A stretch of 64,000 nt of DNA from a virus (taxonomy: Duplodnaviria > Caudoviricetes): IMG/VR virus record IMGVR_UViG_3300021387_000688, one strand, 5' to 3'. Under the pieces are notes generated by a model. It did no database searches, was not told the origin of the DNA, and saw only the letters and a list, made by a program, of their open reading frames with translations. Shown here piece by piece: positions 41,847 to 51,343 of the stretch. Position numbers and translations under genes: made by a program. How positions within the stretch are numbered: the first letter of the stretch is position 1; each line of letters starts with the position of its first letter.

Positions 41847-42027
41847 ATGTCCACCTTCTATTACAACTCCTACTAACTCACATGCATTATATGGATCCGG
41901 TTAGTATTCATTGTTTCAATGTTCGTTTTCAATTAGTGTAAAACATTATAGAGAATGTACATGTGTAAAGGTTTAACATTTTTTCGAAACTTTGTAAAAT
42001 CTTTTTCTATAATAAAGACAATAAATA

Positions 42028-42139
42028 AAAAAGAAGGTTTGTTATCTGCTACTGTTTGCACCGGTGCTATAGCAAACTAGTAGTTAGATAACGCTTTAAG
42101 GGTTGATATTCCGTAAGGCGTATCAACCCTTTCTTTTTG
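42028..42139 (+). promoter_or_regulatory. structured 5' leader (two hairpins in a closing stem)
   Basis: Hairpins 42041-42092 and 42099-42130, flanked by AAAAGAAGG/CTTTCTTTT. Confidence 0.55.
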
Positions 42140-42156
42140 TACTTAGGAGTTGGATT

Positions 42157-43797
42157 TTGCAGTCTGAAGTTAAATTAACAAGATTGACTACATATGCGAA
42201 TATGGACTATGATGTTATTCAGAATACGGTCGCATTGGCAAAATTTAAAACAATCGAAGATAAGAAATTACCTCAAAATATAACAGAGTTTAGACCTTTA
42301 CTGGCAACTGCAGTAAGTGAAATGTGCGTAGAAGATACTTCATATGATGCTAAAACAAAAGCAGTTGAAACTAAAGAATTACCTCTTGATAGAATTTACT
42401 GCCATCCAAGTAACAATCTTCTTAAAGAAATTGTACAATTGAGTACAGATTGGTATTATAAAGAGTATACAGATAGGTTTAAAGTAGAAAATCCTTTAAA
42501 TGAAAATGTAGTAGAAGGATTGAAAGAATTAAGAAAATGTTGTTTTAATGTGCACGCCCAAGATGTTGATAAGTTTGTTTTGTATTTACTTAAGGGCGTA
42601 AAGTATATTCAGGATTTTGGTAAAACTGGAATTAACAATTCGGGATATCAAAAAGCACTTTTTATTACTTCAAACGTAATGCGTAATGGTAAATCTTCTA
42701 TTATTCAAAGAGTAAGAGAAGGTGCTGAAAGAGCCGGTTATATGACTGAAAGAGATTTAAGAGCTCCATTAGGTTCTTTTGAAAATCCTAAATCAACTTC
42801 CGATGTACATTTAGCTACCGTAGAAGAGATGCGTTATGATAAACAGATTTCTGTAGGAACTGTAATGCATTGGCTTCGTCATGAAATGTTTGATTATTCT
42901 GAAAAGTATGTAATGAAGACTTCTCTTCCTAGTAGAGCTTTTATCCTTGCAGCTGGAAACGGTGAACCATGGGCTAAAGGAGACCCATGTTGGGATATAG
43001 TTCATACTATATCTATGAGGATTGAAGACTTGTTAAATGAAGGAGGAGAAGTAGCAGATATTGTTAAGCGCGGGCAGAATGTACACCTTGAAAAACTTTT
43101 CAGATCTAACAATATTGACAAGGCTATAAAAACTCTTGAGGAGATTGTAAATAACAAAGAAGATGTTAATGTTCCTAAAAATGACTTAACTGAAATAAGA
43201 AGTATTCCTTTTGTAGCTCAATTAATTGATGTTATTCAAACAATGAAAGAGTGCACTATTGATTGGAGCGGAGTATCTATTTCTAAATTGAAAAGGATTT
43301 GGAGGGAGATCGGTAAACCAGAATGGGATGCTTTGAAAATTCAGCAGTTGGGTCGTGTATGCAATAACTTATATTCTAAACGTATTATTAAAAAATGTTC
43401 TAAAGATACGCAAGATGAATATAAGAAATGGGATTTAACTGCTTTGTTAAATTATACAATTGATGACCTTTCTGATAACTCACAGGTTAATGAATCTGCT
43501 TTGGATGAGTTCTGGGCTACACAAAAAGCTTGGGATGAGTTGATTAAGAAAGTAGAAGAAGGGGTTAATATTAGAAACTTGGTATTTGTTATTAAAGATG
43601 ATTTACAAAGTTTAACCGCGGATATAGAAATGCCTTCTAAAGCTTTAGAGTTTTTAGAAAGTGAAGGAAATAAAGTTAACCTAATGACTATTTTGGATAA
43701 AGGTCTTGCTCAGTTTACGGATATACCAATAAATTGGCCGCCAGACTTAATAGATAGAATAAGGAGGATTTTCGTAAATGAATACTTCTTGGAGTGA
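42157..43797 (+). CDS. SF3 (D5/VirE-like) helicase-type NTPase
   Basis: ALFITS..RNGKS, LATVEEM, FILAAGN; start placed at TTG 42157 after AGGAG. Confidence 0.6.
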   Translation: MQSEVKLTRLTTYANMDYDVIQNTVALAKFKTIEDKKLPQNITEFRPLLATAVSEMCVEDTSYDAKTKAVETKELPLDRIYCHPSNNLLKEIVQLSTDWYYKEYTDRFKVENPLNENVVEGLKELRKCCFNVHAQDVDKFVLYLLKGVKYIQDFGKTGINNSGYQKALFITSNVMRNGKSSIIQRVREGAERAGYMTERDLRAPLGSFENPKSTSDVHLATVEEMRYDKQISVGTVMHWLRHEMFDYSEKYVMKTSLPSRAFILAAGNGEPWAKGDPCWDIVHTISMRIEDLLNEGGEVADIVKRGQNVHLEKLFRSNNIDKAIKTLEEIVNNKEDVNVPKNDLTEIRSIPFVAQLIDVIQTMKECTIDWSGVSISKLKRIWREIGKPEWDALKIQQLGRVCNNLYSKRIIKKCSKDTQDEYKKWDLTALLNYTIDDLSDNSQVNESALDEFWATQKAWDELIKKVEEGVNIRNLVFVIKDDLQSLTADIEMPSKALEFLESEGNKVNLMTILDKGLAQFTDIPINWPPDLIDRIRRIFVNEYFLE

Positions 43798-44056
43798 TCT
43801 AGAGTTAGACATTATCCATGCTACAGCTGATAGATTATTTAAAAATTATTCAGATTATGAATCTACTGATCCCCTTTCTGTTTTAGCTATTAGAAAGGCT
43901 TTAGCAACAACTGTTAAAGAATTTACACTAAAAGATGAGGAGGGGAATGTAGTAGATTTAACTAAAGAATTTGCTCATCCTTCTGAATATCTTATTAATA
44001 CTATCAAAGAGGTTTGGACTTCTTTGATTAAAAATTCCCCTTGCCCCGCAAATTAA
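43778..44056 (+). CDS. hypothetical protein
   Basis: SD AGGAGG. Confidence 0.75.
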   Translation: MNTSWSDLELDIIHATADRLFKNYSDYESTDPLSVLAIRKALATTVKEFTLKDEEGNVVDLTKEFAHPSEYLINTIKEVWTSLIKNSPCPAN

Positions 44057-44121
44057 TAATGCAAAAAAATAGTCCAGATTAAACACCTGGACTATTATTT
44101 TGGTTTAAATTAAAACATGTT

Positions 44122-44406
44122 TTAGACAAGGTCCAAGTTAGACCAGAAAGACTGAATAACTAGCATATTTCTAGTTGAATCTACTGAAACAGTTGTAGCT
44201 GCATACGGTTTAGATACATCTGCTGGTGGTTCAGTTGTAGGCTGATTTCCTAAAAACTGCATTTTGAAAGGTTCAAACATTTCCATTTCAACATAGTTTC
44301 CTGCCCCTACATCTTTAATAGTGGCAATAAGATCTGTTCCTTCATAAACTGCCCATTCACATGGCAAGTCTGTATTTTGAAGAACATTAGTAACTTCTAA
44401 TCTCAT
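44122..44406 (-). CDS. hypothetical protein
   Basis: SD GGAGG. Confidence 0.75.
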   Translation of the reverse strand: MRLEVTNVLQNTDLPCEWAVYEGTDLIATIKDVGAGNYVEMEMFEPFKMQFLGNQPTTEPPADVSKPYAATTVSVDSTRNMLVIQSFWSNLDLV

Positions 44407-44452
44407 AAATATTTTTCCTCCATATAATAATATAGTTTTTTAAGAAATGTAT

Positions 44453-44712
44453 TTTTCAGACCAGGTCTGAAAAATAGGTCTGAAAATTAACCGACTTAAT
44501 TCTTTGTATTATATAGAGTTAGGTTTTTCGAAAAATCAGGTCTGAAAATGGGTCTGAAAAATTAGGAGGATTAATTCCTTATATTATAAAGAGTTAGGGA
44601 GGGTGGCACTATTTTTCAGACTTTTCAGACCTAAATTTCAAAAACTAGTAAAGGATTTTATATTAGCTAAAACTTTTTCCAACCGGTCTGAAAAGTCTGA
44701 AAAGTCTGAAAA
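44453..44712. repeat. iteron-like array of GTCTGAAAA (7 direct, 3 inverted); candidate replication origin
   Basis: Direct at 44465, 44478, 44540, 44552, 44686, 44695, 44704; inverted at 44453, 44613, 44622. Confidence 0.85.
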
Positions 44713-44782
44713 ATTCTTTCACTTTTTTGAAAGACGAGGGAGAACAAAGTTTATATTATACTATGTTAAGGAGAAAAATAAA

Positions 44783-45214
44783 ATGGCTCAAATAAATCCA
44801 AAAAAGATTTTAGCAGATAAAGTTTTTATCCCTGCTGAAAATTGGGACCCAGAAAAGCAAATTCAGCAAGTAGGAATTGATGTTACTCTTAAGCTAACAG
44901 AACCTTACGAACTTAAACCTCTATCGTTTGTTAACTTAGATATTAATGAAGGTGTGGACCTTCCAGATAACATTTATTCTACTTTGAATATTCGTTCTTC
45001 ATTTTCAAGAAAAGGTATATTCCAGAGTTCAGGAATATACGATCCTGGCTTTCATGGCACATGTGGTTTATCGCTTTACAATTTGTCAAATAAGCCAATC
45101 ATCTTTGAACCAAATCAGAGAATAGCTCAAATGGTGTTCTTCGATGCAGATGCTGCTTCGGTTTATGACGGTCATTACAATCACACAGACTCAAGTGAGT
45201 CACAATACAAATAA
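44783..45214 (+). CDS. dCTP deaminase/trimeric dUTPase family
   Basis: QQVGIDVTL, RSSFSRKG, YDPGFHG, RIAQMVF; start placed at ATG 44783 (SD AAGGAG). Confidence 0.88.
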   Translation: MAQINPKKILADKVFIPAENWDPEKQIQQVGIDVTLKLTEPYELKPLSFVNLDINEGVDLPDNIYSTLNIRSSFSRKGIFQSSGIYDPGFHGTCGLSLYNLSNKPIIFEPNQRIAQMVFFDADAASVYDGHYNHTDSSESQYK

Positions 45215-45225
45215 GGAGTTTAATT

Positions 45226-45432
45226 ATGTCAAATATTTCACCTAACAAAAAGTATGTTCTTATTCCACGCGCTGAAGAAAAAGATATGTTGAATAGCAGA
45301 TTGGTTTTTGGTAGAGATTTACTTGAAAGTACAAAGAATGAGGCCGAATGTTCTATTGCACTTGAACGCGGAGATAGGACTATTAACTACAAAGGAAATG
45401 ATTATTTCTTAGACGAAGCATTCGAGGAATAG
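45226..45432 (+). CDS. hypothetical protein
   Basis: SD AAGGAG. Confidence 0.7.
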   Translation: MSNISPNKKYVLIPRAEEKDMLNSRLVFGRDLLESTKNEAECSIALERGDRTINYKGNDYFLDEAFEE

Positions 45433-45433
45433 A

Positions 45434-45700
45434 ATGAACATCTTGACCAGGCTTTTAGATTTCATAAAGAGTAGAAACAAAATTCCAAATGCTGAAAAGG
45501 CAGAAATGGAAAAGTTTATTAGTCAACTCTTAATAGAAGAAAAAATTCAAACTCTCTCAAAACATCAGAAATCTCTAGAAGCCTGGGCCAAGGAGATTTA
45601 TAAGATGATTAAAAATCATCCTGAAATCGATGAAGAGACTGCAATCAATTATATATTATATACATTCGGTTGCATATTGAATAAGGAGAATAAATGTTAG
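45434..45700 (+). CDS. hypothetical protein
   Basis: SD GAGGA. Confidence 0.7.
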   Translation: MNILTRLLDFIKSRNKIPNAEKAEMEKFISQLLIEEKIQTLSKHQKSLEAWAKEIYKMIKNHPEIDEETAINYILYTFGCILNKENKC

Positions 45701-46491
45701 TATCCCACGAAGTTCCTAAAGCACTTTTGAGTAAAAGTAGAGATTGGAATGATTACGATTATGCACTTTTACATTTAAAACCAAATAAAAAATATTGGGA
45801 CTTTTATAAAGAAAGTGTAGGATTAGGAAGAAAAGTATTACTCGATAATAGTGCATTTGAATTAGGTGCAGGAATGAGTAATGAGAAGTTAGCAGAAGGA
45901 ATTGAAGATTTACATCCAACTTGGTATGTAGTACCAGATACTCTTAATGATTTGCATAAAACAGTTTCATCTTGGGAGTCATGGGAAAAAGATTTTGGCG
46001 GAAAGTATAAAGGTGCTATTGGATGTATCCAGGGTTCTACTTATGAAGAAGTAATTGAATGTTATAAATACTTTTCAGATAAAGCAGATAAAATTGCAAT
46101 TCCTGTAGCTGCAGTAAACTATGCAGATAATATGTTCGAAGGAATTGACAGTGCAACTAAAATACTTGAGCGTAGATGGTTAGGAAGAACTTTCCTTATT
46201 AGAGATTTAATGAATAGAGGTATTTGGAATTTTGATAAACCTCATCATTTGTTAGGTTGTACACAAGCCATTGAATTTAGAGATCCAATTTATCAATATC
46301 CATGTTTTGATACCTTAGATACTTCTAATCCAATTGTAGCTGGATTGGAGGGAGAACCTTATAATCAATTTGGATTACAGAATAAGTCTAAAACAAAACT
46401 GGCAGACTTGATTGAAGCAAAACCAACTGATGAGCAATTAGCTCTTATAGAAGGTAATGTACAAATCTTTAAACACATTATCGGAAGATAA
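45694..46491 (+). CDS. TGT-fold, DpdA-like 7-deazaguanine transglycosylase
   Basis: LLDNSAFE, VVPD, CIQG, HHLLG, LDTS; near queD/queE. Confidence 0.7.
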   Translation: MLVSHEVPKALLSKSRDWNDYDYALLHLKPNKKYWDFYKESVGLGRKVLLDNSAFELGAGMSNEKLAEGIEDLHPTWYVVPDTLNDLHKTVSSWESWEKDFGGKYKGAIGCIQGSTYEEVIECYKYFSDKADKIAIPVAAVNYADNMFEGIDSATKILERRWLGRTFLIRDLMNRGIWNFDKPHHLLGCTQAIEFRDPIYQYPCFDTLDTSNPIVAGLEGEPYNQFGLQNKSKTKLADLIEAKPTDEQLALIEGNVQIFKHIIGR

Positions 46492-46501
46492 GGAGACGTT
46501 T

Positions 46502-46720
46502 ATGGAAACAATATATTGCGTAGTTAATATTTTTTCTGTAGAGGATGGAAGAAAAGTTAAAGTAACTTTTGATGAACCCGCAGATGTAAATGTTTTGAAC
46601 GATATATCTGAATATTTTAGATGTCAGTTAGATTCTTTACAATTGGGCACATATGAAGTATGTTACAATTGTAACACTAGCGATATTAAGATTCAAAGAT
46701 ATATTTCAAAAGCACTTTAG
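46502..46720 (+). CDS. hypothetical protein
   Basis: Start placed at ATG 46502 (SD AAGGAG). Confidence 0.7.
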   Translation: METIYCVVNIFSVEDGRKVKVTFDEPADVNVLNDISEYFRCQLDSLQLGTYEVCYNCNTSDIKIQRYISKAL

Positions 46721-46847
46721 TAAAAGATAATTTAGCAGGACAGTAGAAGATCTCACCTTCTATTGAAAGTTACATATCGGACTTTCTAACTGCTTTATCG
46801 CTAATTAATACAGTGCCGTGAGAAGCACTTAAAAGGAGAATAACGAT

Positions 46848-47492
46848 ATGTTTAATTATGTTCTTAAAGAGGGTTTAACCCTACCTACCAATTTAGAAAA
46901 ATTCTATTACATTTATGAGATTAAAAATCTAAAAAATGGGAAAACTTATATAGGTAAACATGTAAGTAAAAAATTACCAGACAATTATTTTGGAAGCGGT
47001 ATTTATCTTAAAAATTCTATTAAAAAACATGGAATAGAAAATTTTCAAAAAACCATTTTAGATTTTGCAGAAAACTTAGAAGAATTAAGTAAGAAAGAAA
47101 AAGAATGGATAACCATATACAAATCTCAAGGAAAAGCAGAATTTAATCTTACTCAAGGGGGAGAAGGTGGAGATACTTTATCTCAACGTAGAGAAGAAGA
47201 TAATCTAAAACGTTCTCAATCCTTGAAAGAATATTGGACGCCAGATCATATAAGTTCTAGAAATAATAAAATATTCCAAACATGGAATTCTAAAACAGAA
47301 AACGAATTGAGAACTTTTAGAAAGAACCATAGTAAATATTTATATAAGCGAAAAGGGGTTGAAGAACCTTTTATGACTTTAAGGGAGATATCTGAATTAA
47401 CAGGGTTATCAGTTCATTGTATAAATATGGCTGCAAAAAATAACTCTACTACTAGAAATGGATTAATTTTTGAACGTACTTTGAAATCATAA
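46848..47492 (+). CDS. free-standing GIY-YIG homing endonuclease (Seg-like)
   Basis: YIYEIKN..NGKTYIGKH, YFGSG, FNLTQGGEG. Confidence 0.9.
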   Translation: MFNYVLKEGLTLPTNLEKFYYIYEIKNLKNGKTYIGKHVSKKLPDNYFGSGIYLKNSIKKHGIENFQKTILDFAENLEELSKKEKEWITIYKSQGKAEFNLTQGGEGGDTLSQRREEDNLKRSQSLKEYWTPDHISSRNNKIFQTWNSKTENELRTFRKNHSKYLYKRKGVEEPFMTLREISELTGLSVHCINMAAKNNSTTRNGLIFERTLKS

Positions 47493-47506
47493 TCTATAAT
47501 TATATC

Positions 47507-48034
47507 ATGTATAAAATAACAACAGATATAGAATTGCCAATAGCTCACTGCTTATACAGAGGAGCTTACTCAGGTTTGTGTTGCGGTAATGTTTACCGCG
47601 ATTCAAAGAACGATGGAGAAAAAGATAGATACGAATTAGGAGACAAAGTATTACCGGTACTACACGGTCATAATTATTTTGTCACAGTATCTCTTTCGTC
47701 AGAAGAACTAGACAAAAATGGAATGATAGTAGACTTCAAAAAGATGAAAAAAATAATTCATTCGTATTTTGATCAATTTGATCATTCCATGATTCTTACC
47801 CCAGACAATCCTTTAGTTGAAGTTTATAAAAAGAACTTCAAAGAAAACGGGATAGAATTTGAAAGATCTAGAATTTTTGTATGGGATGAAAATCCTACTG
47901 CAGAATACATGTCTCAGTATTGGTTCGAAAAAATGAAAGAATCCTTTATTAATGAAGGACTTAAATTGACACATCTCGCAGTAACTGTAGAAGAAACTTC
48001 AAAAAATTCAGTAACATATGAAGAGGATTTGTAA
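47507..48034 (+). CDS. queD: 6-carboxytetrahydropterin synthase
   Basis: AHCL, LHGHNY, GMIVDF, FDH, NPTAE, VEET. Confidence 0.92.
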   Translation: MYKITTDIELPIAHCLYRGAYSGLCCGNVYRDSKNDGEKDRYELGDKVLPVLHGHNYFVTVSLSSEELDKNGMIVDFKKMKKIIHSYFDQFDHSMILTPDNPLVEVYKKNFKENGIEFERSRIFVWDENPTAEYMSQYWFEKMKESFINEGLKLTHLAVTVEETSKNSVTYEEDL

Positions 48035-48804
48035 TGATTAGGTACAACGAAGAAAAGAAAGCTAATGAAATCTGTTTGATTAATATTTTCAAATCAATCG
48101 ATGGAGAAGCTTTTCATGCAGGACAACCAACAGTATTTGTAAGAACATTTGGATGCAATCTTAGATGCCCTTTCTGTGATACAAAGGAGTGTTGGACAGA
48201 AGAAAACTTCAATAAAGTTTATGAAGGTAAATTGAATTTGTCTTGGATGACGGCAGATGAGATTATTACAAAAGTTGAAGAAATGGAAAAAGATTTTCCT
48301 AATAAGTCAATTTGTTTGACAGGCGGAGAACCTTTGCTTCCTGAAAATGATCCAGTAACATTTGATCTTGTAAAAAAACTTATTTCATTACATTATGCAG
48401 TTAACGTAGAAACAGATGGCGCAGTAGATTATAAACCTTGGAAAGAAAGGTTTACAAAAATTACAATGAAGGACTATTATGGAAACCGCGAAGGTCTTTC
48501 ACTTATTACAGATTGGAAACTTCCTTGTTCAAAAATGAATAAGAAGATGATTGAATCAAATCTTTCAATATTGGATGAGTTTGATGTAATTAAATGTGTT
48601 ATTACAGATGATCCTGAAGATTGGAAAGAATTTGAAAGGATTTGTAAATCTGGAACAAAAGCAAAACTTTATTTGAGTCCATGTTTTGGTGACGTTACAA
48701 TGAGTAAGATTCCTGAATTTGTAATAGCGCATCCAGAATATCGTATAACGGCGCAGTTACAACAACACAAGTTCTTCTGGTCACCTAGTACCAAGGATGT
48801 TTAA
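48034..48804 (+). CDS. queE: 7-carboxy-7-deazaguanine synthase (radical SAM)
   Basis: FKSIDGE, GCNLRCPFCDT, TGGEP, VETDG, QLQQHK. Confidence 0.92.
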   Translation: MIRYNEEKKANEICLINIFKSIDGEAFHAGQPTVFVRTFGCNLRCPFCDTKECWTEENFNKVYEGKLNLSWMTADEIITKVEEMEKDFPNKSICLTGGEPLLPENDPVTFDLVKKLISLHYAVNVETDGAVDYKPWKERFTKITMKDYYGNREGLSLITDWKLPCSKMNKKMIESNLSILDEFDVIKCVITDDPEDWKEFERICKSGTKAKLYLSPCFGDVTMSKIPEFVIAHPEYRITAQLQQHKFFWSPSTKDV

Positions 48805-48850
48805 ACATCTTTTATTGATGCCCTCCAGTAAATCTAACTTTTAGATTCCA

Positions 48851-48878
48851 AAGCTCCTTCGAAAGAGGGGGCTTTTTT
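48851..48878 (+). terminator. intrinsic terminator
   Basis: AAGCTCCTTC-gaaa-GAGGGGGCTTTTTT. Confidence 0.85.
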
Positions 48879-48921
48879 ATTTTTACCATTACCTTACTAT
48901 ATTAAAGTAGAAGGAGAACAC

Positions 48922-49686
48922 ATGAGAAAGAATATTTGCGAATATGATGATTACTATCCAAAACCTCAAGCTGTTAATAATCCATTAAAGATTATTGAAG
49001 GACCTGACGGTAGAATTATTGACTATTGGCTTATTGATCCAATCGAAGATTTGAATGATTATATAGATTTTCTTAGAGAAGTAGATAATGCAAAAACTAC
49101 AGATACTATAAGAATCCATATCAATTGTTACGGAGGAGATGGTACTGTTGCTTATAACATTGTAGATGCTTTAAGAGAAAGTAGGGCCCAAATTGATATA
49201 CGTATTGAAGGAGCTTGTGCTTCTGCTGCAACCCTTATTATGTTAGCAGGTAATACTTGGTTTATTTTACCACACTCTTATGTAATGGTTCATTCATGGC
49301 ATGGATGGATTGCAGGTAAATGGGCTGAACAAAAAGCTAGATTCCATTACGACGAAGATGTATGTGAAAAGCAATTTAGAGAAATCTATAAAAACTTTAT
49401 GACAGATGAAGAAATTCAACTTTGTTTGGATGGTAAAGATTATTACTTTGATGCAAATGAAACTTTGAAACGTTTGCAGAATTATCAAGCAGATTTAGTA
49501 GCTAAACAAGAGGCTGTGGATAGAGTACAAGCAAAGTACAATGACTTGATGAAGAAAGAAGTTCAAGCAATTCTTGCAGGAGAAGCTTCTACAGAAGAGG
49601 AAAAGAAACCAAAACCAAAAGATAAAGAAAAAACTAAAAGTATAGTATCCGCGATTTCAGCGAAAGTAAAGAATACTAAAAAGTAA
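48922..49686 (+). CDS. ClpP-like serine protease
   Basis: IHINCYGG, GACASAATLI, VMVH. Confidence 0.88.
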   Translation: MRKNICEYDDYYPKPQAVNNPLKIIEGPDGRIIDYWLIDPIEDLNDYIDFLREVDNAKTTDTIRIHINCYGGDGTVAYNIVDALRESRAQIDIRIEGACASAATLIMLAGNTWFILPHSYVMVHSWHGWIAGKWAEQKARFHYDEDVCEKQFREIYKNFMTDEEIQLCLDGKDYYFDANETLKRLQNYQADLVAKQEAVDRVQAKYNDLMKKEVQAILAGEASTEEEKKPKPKDKEKTKSIVSAISAKVKNTKK

Positions 49687-49690
49687 TAGC

Positions 49691-49717
49691 AAAGGCTCCT
49701 AAAAAGGAGCCTTTTTT
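49691..49717 (+). terminator. intrinsic terminator
   Basis: AAAGGCTCCT..AGGAGCCTTTTTT. Confidence 0.85.
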
Positions 49718-49764
49718 ATTGCAGGAAACCCTTTTCTATATTTTTTTAATTAAAAGGAGCAAAA

Positions 49765-50985
49765 ATGGCTAAAGAAAAGAAAACAAATGCTACAGCAGAT
49801 GACGACTTTGATAAACTCTTAGGTTCTGTAGAAAAAGAATTCGGTGCAGTTTATTCAGGAGAAGCTGCGGCTATTCAGGATGAATATATTCTTTTGGATG
49901 CCCCACGTTTGGCTTGGGCATACGGTGGTAAACTTAAGTTGAATGCTATCCATCGTCTTAATGGTAAAGAGTCTGGTGGTAAAACAACTTTGGCAACTTA
50001 CCTTTGCGGTCAATGTCAGAAACGCAAGTTTGAAAAAGAAGGTAATTATAAAAATGCACACGTGGTTATCATTGATAACGAGCATACATTCGATGTAGTA
50101 CATGCAAAGGATTTAGGATTACTTCTTAATGATCCTATGACAGGAAAGCCTCTTGTACATATCCTTCGTAATAAATATGTAGAAGACCAGTGCGCGGCTT
50201 GGGAAAAGATTGTAGAGTCTGGAAGAATATGTGCTTCTATTTACGACTCCGATGCAGCCGCTATTAACAAAGCAGAGTTCGATAACGAAATTGGTAAAGC
50301 AAACTTCGGTGCTGGTGCAAAGGCAAACGGTGTAGTTATTAAGAGAATGAACTGGTATGTAGATACTTTCAAGACCCCTTTGTTCTGGATTTCACAGGAA
50401 CGTGCAAATCAGGAATTGATGGCCCACTTGCCAAAACCAACAGGAGGTGAAGCTGTAAACTTCTATCCATCTACTCGTTTCCGTGTAACTCCAAAAGAGT
50501 TTATTACAAAGAGTGGAGAGATTGTAGGTATTACAATGAAGATTAAGAACTACAAGAATAAGACAGGTATTCCATTCCGTGAATGTTTATTGGATGTTTA
50601 CTTCAAAGACGGTCCAGATTATACTCATGGTATTAATGGAGAAGGTCAGTATCTTGATATGTTACTTGAACTTGGAATTATTGCACAGCACGGCGGATGG
50701 TATTATTTATGGGAAGACCAGCCAGATAAGCTTGTTAAGATGCAGGGATGGGGCGGGGTTCAGAATTGGTTTAATGAACACCCAGATGTATTCCAGGATT
50801 TCAAAACAATGGTAAATGAAAAGATGTCTGGATATGATAGTGCACTTGATAAGAATACTGTAGAGGTAGACGAGGAAGCTGAATTCCAGAAGGAGCAGAA
50901 AGAAGCTTTAGCAAAACGTGAAGCCGCTCAGAAGGAAGTAGAAAGTAGTGAAACCAGTAACGAAGTAGAAAATATTGAGGAGTAA
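49765..50985 (+). CDS. recA: RecA/UvsX-like recombinase
   Basis: GKESGGKTT, IDNEH, IYDS, ISQER, TGGEA, KNK. Confidence 0.9.
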   Translation: MAKEKKTNATADDDFDKLLGSVEKEFGAVYSGEAAAIQDEYILLDAPRLAWAYGGKLKLNAIHRLNGKESGGKTTLATYLCGQCQKRKFEKEGNYKNAHVVIIDNEHTFDVVHAKDLGLLLNDPMTGKPLVHILRNKYVEDQCAAWEKIVESGRICASIYDSDAAAINKAEFDNEIGKANFGAGAKANGVVIKRMNWYVDTFKTPLFWISQERANQELMAHLPKPTGGEAVNFYPSTRFRVTPKEFITKSGEIVGITMKIKNYKNKTGIPFRECLLDVYFKDGPDYTHGINGEGQYLDMLLELGIIAQHGGWYYLWEDQPDKLVKMQGWGGVQNWFNEHPDVFQDFKTMVNEKMSGYDSALDKNTVEVDEEAEFQKEQKEALAKREAAQKEVESSETSNEVENIEE

Positions 50986-51023
50986 CCACTATCTATAATT
51001 AAATAAAAAGTAGGGGGCTGTGT

Positions 51024-51164
51024 ATGGGATACGAGTCTGCGGATGATGAATTTAATTTGTATGGAGTCATTGCTTCTGACGAAGTGGATGACGATAACTA
51101 TAATGAATCAGCCGAGGCTATGACCTTCGACCCTACTGAAGAATTATTAGACGAAGCAATTTAA
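51024..51164 (+). CDS. small acidic protein (46 aa)
   Basis: Not in ORF track; CTATAAT box and G-rich SD upstream; MGYESADDEF..LLDEAI. Confidence 0.6.
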   Translation: MGYESADDEFNLYGVIASDEVDDDNYNESAEAMTFDPTEELLDEAI

Positions 51165-51205
51165 TTACAAATTGCGCTAATTATAAACATTAAGGAATTA
51201 AGGCT

Positions 51206-51307
51206 ATGAAAAACGTATTGAACAGGAGTTTAGTATTATTACAACAACAAATAGCCATAACTTTGCCTTTATATAGAAACAGATATTATTGGAGAGATAA
51301 GGGGTGA
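51206..51307 (+). CDS. putative attenuator leader peptide (33 aa) of the tRNA array
   Basis: MKNVLNRSLVLLQQQIAITLPLYRNRYYWRDKG; AAGG/AAGGA upstream; codons match downstream anticodons. Confidence 0.8.
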   Translation: MKNVLNRSLVLLQQQIAITLPLYRNRYYWRDKG

Positions 51308-51343
51308 GTTGATTCCGAGAGAGTTTAGAATTCAACACCCCTT
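51299..51343 (+). promoter_or_regulatory. putative antiterminator hairpin
   Basis: AAGGGGT 51299-51305 pairs with ACCCCTT 51337-51343; GTTGA 51308-51312 with TCAAC 51332-51336. Confidence 0.75.

Noticed and set aside
44453-44712. CRISPR array
   Set aside because: Repeats are 9 nt, in both orientations and irregularly spaced; no cas genes in the window.
44603-44782. N-terminal extension of the dCTP deaminase ORF
   Set aside because: It translates the repeat array (SEKSEKSEK); an SD supports ATG 44783.
46734-46848. preQ1 riboswitch or group I intron around the GIY-YIG gene
   Set aside because: No preQ1 consensus; flanking genes look complete and no intron core is visible.
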